From the IMG/VR virus record IMGVR_UViG_3300009512_000015, positions 1 to 59,937 of that record: 59,937 bases of DNA, one strand, 5' to 3'. The notes beneath the pieces were generated by a model. The model was not told the DNA's origin and searched no databases. It was given only the letters and a program-made list of their open reading frames with translations. A program made the position numbers and the translations under genes. Each line of letters begins with the position of its first letter. Position 1 is the first letter of the stretch. Source of the stretch: a virus. Lineage: Duplodnaviria; Caudoviricetes. Shown in pieces: positions 19,476 through 26,900 of this stretch.

Positions 19476-19604
19476 TTATTTAAGAGAACCTAGGCTTTCT
19501 GTTATTGGTGATCTTAGCCTGTGATTGTTTGGTTTCCTAGTTGGCAAACTGCCTTGAATTTTCTTTCTATATCCAAACGGGTTTACTTTAGCAGGGTGTC
19601 GCAT
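19476..19604 (-). CDS. 42-aa basic peptide
   Basis: Manual translation MRHPAKVNPFGYRKKIQGSLPTRKPNNHRLRSPITESLGSLK*; AAGGA upstream. Confidence 0.45.
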   Translation of the reverse strand: MRHPAKVNPFGYRKKIQGSLPTRKPNNHRLRSPITESLGSLK

Positions 19605-19606
19605 TT

Positions 19607-19888
19607 TTATTTCCTTTTAATTTTTGAAGGGTTAAGTTCTTTCATCTCTAAATTTAAAATTTGATCTTCTGCTCTTAAAGAATAAATAAGAAGCCCTATT
19701 AAAAAGGTGCCACCCGTTATTGCAAGGCTAGCATAAACAAGAAGACCAATACTTTCGGTAGCTTCGTTAGTTGAAAAACTTATCACTAACAGTCCTGTTA
19801 TAAAGGCGGCCAAGCCAAGTCCGAAGCTAAGAGCAAGTGAGCTAAGAAGCGTTTTTGCAATAGCTATTAATATTCTTTTAGTTTTCAT
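19607..19888 (-). CDS. two-TM membrane protein
   Basis: Two long hydrophobic helices; AAGGTCTAT leader. Confidence 0.65.
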   Translation of the reverse strand: MKTKRILIAIAKTLLSSLALSFGLGLAAFITGLLVISFSTNEATESIGLLVYASLAITGGTFLIGLLIYSLRAEDQILNLEMKELNPSKIKRK

Positions 19889-19924
19889 TTAATAGACCTT
19901 TTCTAAAAGTTAATTTTGTTAGTT

Positions 19925-20335
19925 AATGGGTTTGGTTGCACGATTCTCCTCCACTGTTGCCGAAATCTGCATCGTGACTAACTCTTCATGGGGCTTTACG
20001 GATGAAGGCCGCACTAGTTGTATGCTCAACTAGTAGCTTCTGTGTATTACGCGCCCAAGCAACCCATTTCAGGGACACAGAATATTCAGGGTGTGCACGG
20101 AATGCGAAGAATTCTCAACAGCATCTCGTGACTGACTCTCTTCATGGCACCCTTACGAGTGGTATGCTTTGAGTTGCATATAAGACAATGAGAGATCCCT
20201 ATTGGGTATGCTTGCTGGTTAGGCGCACGTTCCTCCCCACCACAGGGAGTACATCTATTCACTGTCGAATTTGGTTGCACGGTGTTCCCGTGACTAACTG
20301 GACAGGCTTGTACCCGCTGTCCTTCGAGTGTTGTT
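19925..20335 (-). ncRNA. candidate structured ncRNA with three AGU(U/C)AGUCACG...CGUGCA units
   Basis: GC-rich intergenic island; three copies of a bipartite motif, each flanking a different stem-loop; additional hairpins and long-range complementarity. No RNA family recognised. Confidence 0.55.
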
Positions 20336-20339
20336 CGGT

Positions 20340-20570
20340 TTAATTTTCCCCTGTTTCACAACGCCAACAATCACAATCATACTCACTTATTCTAATCCCA
20401 TGTTTACAGAATCCAGGGCGATCCATTTTTCCTTTAAGAATCTTGTTTTCGCAGATTTCACACATAACAGCTTCACCATCAAGGCCAGTGTTACCACAAG
20501 CATAATCAAGTGTTTTATAGTCCCAGCCGCTAGGCACAGTATATGCAACGCGATTTTTACAATTACTCAT
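20340..20570 (-). CDS. small Cys-rich protein
   Basis: CG...CEIC...CKH...CDCWRC; AAGGTCTAT leader. Confidence 0.65.
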   Translation of the reverse strand: MSNCKNRVAYTVPSGWDYKTLDYACGNTGLDGEAVMCEICENKILKGKMDRPGFCKHGIRISEYDCDCWRCETGEN

Positions 20571-20581
20571 TACTATAGACC

Positions 20582-21022
20582 TTATGAAGAAAAAGAAGAA
20601 GAAAGTTTTCGGTACACATGCTTATCTCTGTCTTCACTTTTTATTCGAACTTGCAAAGCTTTGATAGCCTTTTCAGTAGAAGCTAAAACAATCTTTGACT
20701 CTGCGGTATCAGCTTTTTGAATTTTTTTACATTTATTTTTAAGTGTTGATATTTCTTTATGTATTTCTTTTTTTCTTTGCTTACCTTTACACAAAAGACC
20801 TACTGCTTCAAAAGACACAGACATATTTGGGAAAGCTTTTATGTGTTTACTATTTTGAGCCCATTTGCAATTAGGGTGTACAAGACCTTTGGCAGCGCGA
20901 GCTAGCATTTCATTGTGTTTTTTAAAACCTTGTATGTCTTTGCTATTAAACGTAGAATCTGTAATAGCTACGTGAAGTGTATTGTTTGTTTTTAAAGCAC
21001 TCTCTTTCTTTTTATTTTTCAT
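20582..21022 (-). CDS. hypothetical basic protein
   Basis: ORF track; ATGA coupling with the upstream gene. Confidence 0.6.
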   Translation of the reverse strand: MKNKKKESALKTNNTLHVAITDSTFNSKDIQGFKKHNEMLARAAKGLVHPNCKWAQNSKHIKAFPNMSVSFEAVGLLCKGKQRKKEIHKEISTLKNKCKKIQKADTAESKIVLASTEKAIKALQVRIKSEDRDKHVYRKLSSSFSS

Positions 21023-21222
21023 AAATTAGCTCTTTTTTCTAAATTGTTTATCTCTACTTTTTTACGAATTTCCCAAGCTTTCTGTTCTTCTTCAAACACA
21101 AAAGGACAATTGATTTGATTAAATTTTCTGATTAAACCAGCGCTAGCTTTTGAGTTTATGAAAGTTGTTTTCTTAAGCCTGCCTAATGCACGAAGCTGCC
21201 TTTTTCTTTTTTTAATTTCCAT
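21019..21222 (-). CDS. hypothetical basic protein
   Basis: AAGGA RBS. Confidence 0.6.
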   Translation of the reverse strand: MEIKKRKRQLRALGRLKKTTFINSKASAGLIRKFNQINCPFVFEEEQKAWEIRKKVEINNLEKRANL

Positions 21223-21265
21223 AAGAAATCCTTTATTTTTTAATTTTAGCTATGTCTCAATTTTT

Positions 21266-21283
21266 AAGGGCCCGAAGGCCCTT
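21266..21283 (-). terminator. cUUCGg-capped hairpin
   Basis: Minus strand AAGGGCC-TTCG-GGCCCTT. Confidence 0.65.
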
Positions 21284-21289
21284 TCACTA

Positions 21290-21493
21290 TTATGCTGCTT
21301 TGCTTTCATCCCAGATAACATAATAATCAAGACGATCTTCCATCTCAAAAAGTTTTGCTTTCATTACGTTTAAGCGGTATCGTAAATCATCTTTTTCTGC
21401 GCACTCAAACATTCGCTGAAGACGCTTAACGCCTAGTTCAAAGTGCAAAGTCATTGCTACAATATTATTCTCCAGCCTTTCTTCATTACTCAT
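21290..21493 (-). CDS. hypothetical protein, first gene of the small-gene block
   Basis: GAAGGT RBS. Confidence 0.6.
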   Translation of the reverse strand: MSNEERLENNIVAMTLHFELGVKRLQRMFECAEKDDLRYRLNVMKAKLFEMEDRLDYYVIWDESKAA

Positions 21494-21577
21494 AATAAAG
21501 TACCTTCTCAGAATTAATAAAACGATATCTCTTTTTGGATATCATATAAGATACCCTATTTCCCGCGTTTTAAAACG

Positions 21578-21904
21578 CTAAACAGTCCTTTGAAAATGAG
21601 GCTTGTCTTTGAACTTTCGCCAGAACATGCCAGCTTTATTTTGGTCATTTAAGCTTTCCCAATACTTTCCTAATTCACAAGGGTATATTAATTTCCCGTC
21701 TTTAGTAAAATGCAAATCTACTGCACACTTTTTAAGATGCATTGAGTTCATTGTTTTTGAGCGACCCATTGCAATATACCATTTTTGCTGCTCAACTGTC
21801 CTGAACACCTCACCAGTCCTAACTTCATAGCCTAATTCAAAAGCTTTAATCATTAGTTTAACCATGTCTCTCGTAAATAGTTCTTGATGCTCTCCTAATT
21901 TCAT
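21578..21904 (-). CDS. Endolysin, peptidase M15 family (L-Ala-D-Glu peptidase-like)
   Basis: FRT..QQ, SMHLKKCAVD (S-x-H-x6-D) and DKPHFQ Zn-binding motifs. Confidence 0.88.
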   Translation of the reverse strand: MKLGEHQELFTRDMVKLMIKAFELGYEVRTGEVFRTVEQQKWYIAMGRSKTMNSMHLKKCAVDLHFTKDGKLIYPCELGKYWESLNDQNKAGMFWRKFKDKPHFQRTV

Positions 21905-22437
21905 TGCTTTTTCTCCAACTCTTTTTGAAGCATTGCATTTTTATCTGCGCTACCTTTACTTGAACCATAAAAGAAATTAATAATTTGAGCAATAACTGTG
22001 CCAAGAAGAAATCCTAAAATTACATCAGCAAACCGAGTCTGTGTTTCGGGTATTGGGTAGAAAGTTATTCCGCCAATATAAGCGACTGCTGCAAAAGTCC
22101 AAAACAATGTGTACCAATATAAAAACCTTTTAGAGAAAATATCTTCTTGTGCTAACGCAGTAGTCTGTACATTTCGGGCTGACTGTACATCTTCTAAAAA
22201 CATTTTATCATATTCTTGTGCAAGACGGTCATCTTCTTGCTGTATTTTTAAAAGTTCTTCTTCGTGTCTCATTTGGAATTCTTCTAGCCGTACAAACTCT
22301 TCATCAGAAAGGTTTGCTTTGCCTAGATCAACGCCTGTTTTTTCTTCAATCCAATCAGTTCCAAGAGCAAGGGCAGCATTGCCAACAAGCCCTAAACCTT
22401 TCGCTAACAACGGGGCTAGTAGTAAGGGAAGTGCCAT
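21901..22437 (-). CDS. putative holin
   Basis: Coiled coil followed by two TM helices and a FFYGSSKGS-x-DK tail; translationally coupled to the endolysin; ATG 22437 has an AGAGGA RBS. Confidence 0.7.
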   Translation of the reverse strand: MALPLLLAPLLAKGLGLVGNAALALGTDWIEEKTGVDLGKANLSDEEFVRLEEFQMRHEEELLKIQQEDDRLAQEYDKMFLEDVQSARNVQTTALAQEDIFSKRFLYWYTLFWTFAAVAYIGGITFYPIPETQTRFADVILGFLLGTVIAQIINFFYGSSKGSADKNAMLQKELEKKQ

Positions 22438-22668
22438 AGTATATCCTCTTTCGGGTAGGTCTACCACCTCTACCCTCTACCTCTTTGAATAACTGCTAGT
22501 AACCTTAGTGCGTTCTGGGGTGTCTTTTAGTTACTCAGGAGGGTTAGGTATATAAAGGGGGCCATAAATGGGTTAATGTAACGGGAGCCGTTAACAAGTT
22601 TGGCTTATTTGTTTATTTTAAAAATATTAAAAACAATCGCAATAGCGTAGCTGCCTGTGAGCCGCAAA

Positions 22669-23241
22669 TTACGGCCTAGGTGCAGTATCAGGTACATCGA
22701 CTTTTTCCAAGCTTTTCAATTCTGGAAGACTCTTGCGGCCTTTTACAGAGCTGTTAGCATCTTTAGTTTCACCAATAAGCTTGTTCTTATAGTCTAAAAA
22801 CTCAGAATTCTTTTTAAAGCTTAATTCGTCTTTTGCGTTTTCAATAGTTAAAAACGGTTCTGCATAGTGTGCAGTTAATATAATGGTATCACTATACGCT
22901 ATAATTGCTCGCTTTACACCTTCTTTTGACTCAAAAGCTTTATATCCTGAAAGTCTTTCAACGCCGCGATGATAGTCCCATATTAAAATATCTCCTTTCA
23001 CAAGTATAAAAACATGGTCACTTTTATGAACACGGCCTGTTACAAAAAAATTTTTAGGCAAATTAAATTCTCTTACATAAACTCTTTCACCAAAAAAGTC
23101 ATTTACTGGGCATATTTTATCAACATCTATTTCGCTCATTTCAGATTCTAATTTTTCAATCTTTTCTAAGGTTGAAGCGTCGGGATTTGACAACAATTTA
23201 ACCAAGTCCCGACTTTTTAAAATTGATTCAGCCGTCCTCAT
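22669..23241 (-). CDS. cupin-like hypothetical protein
   Basis: YVREFNLP...TGRVHKSDHVFILVKG...H pattern resembles a double-stranded beta-helix metal site. Confidence 0.55.
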   Translation of the reverse strand: MRTAESILKSRDLVKLLSNPDASTLEKIEKLESEMSEIDVDKICPVNDFFGERVYVREFNLPKNFFVTGRVHKSDHVFILVKGDILIWDYHRGVERLSGYKAFESKEGVKRAIIAYSDTIILTAHYAEPFLTIENAKDELSFKKNSEFLDYKNKLIGETKDANSSVKGRKSLPELKSLEKVDVPDTAPRP

Positions 23242-23312
23242 TTATTTCTCCTTTTAAAAACAACTAGACTGCTAGCTTGCAAAGCTGTTTAGCTTTAATC
23301 TTTTGATTGCTA

Positions 23313-23909
23313 TTACCAGGCTATAAGAGCTAATTGTGCTTCGGTAGTTGCATCAGCAATAAGCTGTCTTAGCGCTCTACCACGCTCATGCGTTGTGGTA
23401 ATATGATTGCCTAAAGCCGTACCCATGTCTATAACTTGTGCAGCGGTAAGCGAAACAACCGAGTTATCCTCCATTGTCCAATCAATAACGAGGCTTGCGT
23501 CAATTACAGCCATTTGTACTGCACCTTGTATTCTGCGCTGGGATTCCTCGTTACATTGAACTTGATTGCCTTGCCATTCAAAAGAATTAAACTCTTGATA
23601 ATCTCGCTCCTTTTTAATTTCTAACCATTTTTCTTCTTTAGATACGGTGAGATCAAAAGTCCACTGACTAGTCAAATAATCAAAAACATAGCCTTCTCCA
23701 GGCTTCTCGCCTTTAGCTTTCACTTCGAGAGTGGTTGTGTCAACAAAATAGTGTTCATTTGTCACCAGCCCTTCTTTATGAAAAAGCGTATTCATGTCGG
23801 GCATCATTGCTTGTGATGATAGCAAAGAATCATCAGGCCCGGCTTGACAAAGAATAATAACACCGTCATTGTCATAAGTTACTAGGTTGCCTAAATTATT
23901 ATTTTCCAT
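23313..23909 (-). CDS. DUF4376-family tail-associated protein
   Basis: KWLEIKKERD...SQRRIQGAV...WTMEDNSVVSLTA...IAW. Confidence 0.75.
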   Translation of the reverse strand: MENNNLGNLVTYDNDGVIILCQAGPDDSLLSSQAMMPDMNTLFHKEGLVTNEHYFVDTTTLEVKAKGEKPGEGYVFDYLTSQWTFDLTVSKEEKWLEIKKERDYQEFNSFEWQGNQVQCNEESQRRIQGAVQMAVIDASLVIDWTMEDNSVVSLTAAQVIDMGTALGNHITTTHERGRALRQLIADATTEAQLALIAW

Positions 23910-26900
23910 TATCTTTTACTCGATATGACTGTGATAGCATTTGCGCCAAGGTACTTACTGTACGTGTCTGTTTTTACTTGAACTTCAAACATTAACCCAT
24001 TCCCTGCATTATCAGGGGGTGTCATTTGTCCTATCACAGTCATCGTGGCTGACCAGCTTCTTCTTACGCTTTGCGCTACTTCACCGCAATTACGTTGATT
24101 CATCACTCCGTTTACAAACCACGTCGCTACTACTTTCAGAAAAATACTGTGACCCTCGCCACCGCCCTCGAACCCTAAAAAGTTTGCTGTTGCCGTGATC
24201 GACAAGGCTGATGGCCTAGAGGTATAAATACCGCCTGCTTGTGGCCATGTTAGGCCCGAAGTGTAAGCGCCGCGCCAGTATCTGTTTCTTGTTATCAAGA
24301 GTGTAGGGTTAGTATTAGTATGCCCTGTTGCAGTTCCGGTTACAGGAACCGTTACCGCAAATCCTCTTATTTTAAGAGTATCTACTGCTGCAGCTTTTAT
24401 ATATGTTGTATCCCAAGGATTGGCCGTTTCTGCACCTATTGGTGTAAAAGCTAAATAACCAGAAGTGCTATCTAGCACTTGCCAATAATAGTTAACAGTA
24501 TCGAAACTGAAAGTATCAGCTTGCAAGTGCGGTCTTGTGCATACATAGGTAGTACTTGGTATTATCCAAAGATCTCCTACCGTGGTTACAAAAGGCCCGC
24601 ATGTCAAAACATGAGCCCTAGTTGGGTCATTGAAAACCTTAACTCTTGCACCTGTTGGATCATACAAGTTAGTGTAACTGACACCACCATCACTATTGTT
24701 AACACCGGACCTTAGAACTTGAAACTCGTTGCCAGCGGCGTCTGTTGAGTAAACAGCTAAACCGTAAGCTTTTAAAATACCTGTTGAACTATCATAAGCA
24801 AGCCGCTGGGTACCAGTGCCCATCAAAAAGCCCATAGCGTTATTGCTCTTCATGCCCATCCACATACCATAGCCGACTTGACTAAAGCCGGTCTTTTCCC
24901 CCATTTTAATATGGCCTGTATTCCCGAGCGTGATAATCCCTGATGTCATCTCTCCAAAGTTTGCAGTTATTGCTGACAATGAACCAACTTTTAAAGAAGC
25001 CCAGAAAGGAAGATCCCACACAATTATACCAGTATTAGGGTCAAAAGAACCCATAGTCATCCACAATCTTTGATTCACCCCAAGGTTAGGGACTTCCTTA
25101 CTAAACGCACAGATCTGACCCCAAGCGGTTAACACGGCCACGCTGCTTGGTACAGAGTTCAATCCCGCACCAGTTTGCACAAGACCGCTTCCACTAAAAA
25201 GCAAACCCTCATTTATCACTGTGTAAGCGCTAACAGTGCTTGCTCCAGCATCCCCGTCTCCACCAGTGCCACCATCAGAGGCCACGTAGCCAACAGACAC
25301 TACCGAAGCTATAACCCAGTTAAAGCTGTTTGTTAGTGTACCGACTCCACCCCTTACTAAGACCGAAGCTTCCCAAAGCGTTTGACCACCGCTTCCGACA
25401 CTTAAATCTGGCTTTTCTGTATACCAGCCTGCGTGGGTACTAGTGACAGACCCTTCTGTCCCTTCTGAGCCACTTATCTCTTCTGTAGACCAAGTCCATG
25501 TGCCGTTGCCTGTTGGCCCACTGGGTATAGTCGCAGCAAATTTCCAAACAGAAGCCTTTGCAGTTCTTACCCCAGGGAGTTCTGTTCCGTCAGAAATATA
25601 AGGAACTACTCCTCTCCAATTAATTGTTGACACGCCTGTAAAACCAAGATTTACTACAACTTCATACTCAGCTACGTACAATCTCAAGCTATTATTTGAC
25701 CCATCTTGCGTAGGAAGAGTTAAGCTCCAGTTTCTGCCTGAAGCCTGCGACAAACTTTCGTGAACGCCACTATACCAATTATATTGGCTTTGCACACTAT
25801 CCTGCGCGATTATGGTGGTCAGATTAATACCGTATCGATAAAGAAAAACAACTTGTCTTGCAACACCTAAGCTCGTATAAATTTCAGGAACTGACCAAAT
25901 GATTGTATTAGTGTTAAGTCCCGCTTTTCCATATTTGTCAGCCTGTCCCTCTGATCTCCAAATATTATAAGAAACAATGTTACCACCTGATGGAAGATTA
26001 AAACCCCAATCATATTGATAATCACCTGGCTGCTGTATCGCTCCGGTTGGAGCAACTTTCGGGCCGTCTGGAAAAGTATAACTACCGGTTCCGTCTATTG
26101 GACTTAATGGCTGAAGTCCGTTAAGCGGTTGGAACGTAAATACTTCGAGATCTTTGTATACTTGTTCGCTTGTATCAAGCTCCCAAGGGCTCCAGCTATT
26201 AACACCGTCAACCATAAGCGGCATTTCTGCAGAACTGACAGAAACTTCGGCTCGCGAAGTCATTAAGTAGTAATTATTATCTATATATGATTCGTCAACG
26301 CCAAGATTTATTAGGTGCTGTTTTGCTTCTAATTTTGTTCTAAAAGGGATGAAATAAGAGTCTAAGTTGACAGTGCCTATCGGGTGCTCCCAAAGCGTAA
26401 AATCTACAGCGTTAAAATTTATGTAATAAACCCCTGAATAAATAGGTGTTACGCCATCGGCTGCTCTTCTACTATCATGCATTCCTGCGCCTGTACGATC
26501 ATAAGTACTGTACATGTAGCAAAACAACGTAACCGGTAGATTAAAGAGCGAACCGCCAACTATTGTTGCCTGTGCGAGAGGCCATCGAGAGCCCGTATCC
26601 GGGTTGTATTCTACAGCGCGATTCCCTTCACGATCTCTAGTTATTACTGTAAAAGTGTAAACACCATCTCTTAGCTTAGGTATAGGGAATTTTAACTCAT
26701 TTAAACCACTAGTGCTTCCTAGCGCTATCCAAGGTGCTCCAACAACTGCTTTAACTTTAGTTCCTTTAAGATAAGCAATGTCATAATAGGCGCCACCATT
26801 GCCTAAAGCTGCATCCCAGTTAATAATACCGGCTACGTCAATTATACTGTCAGTATAAGCGAGGTCATATGGTGAAAAACTTAAATTCCGAGCTTGCCCA

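Noticed and set aside
20086-20280. 64-aa ORF within the structured island
   Set aside because: GTG start without a clear RBS, composition unlike neighbouring genes, and the sequence is better explained by base-pairing.
19925-20335. CRISPR array, tRNAs, integron attC, or a known ribozyme
   Set aside because: Repeats are short, bipartite and irregularly spaced; no T-loop GTTC or cloverleaf; a single GTTAGGC lacks a matching partner box and there is no integrase; no hammerhead CUGANGA/GAAA core was seen.
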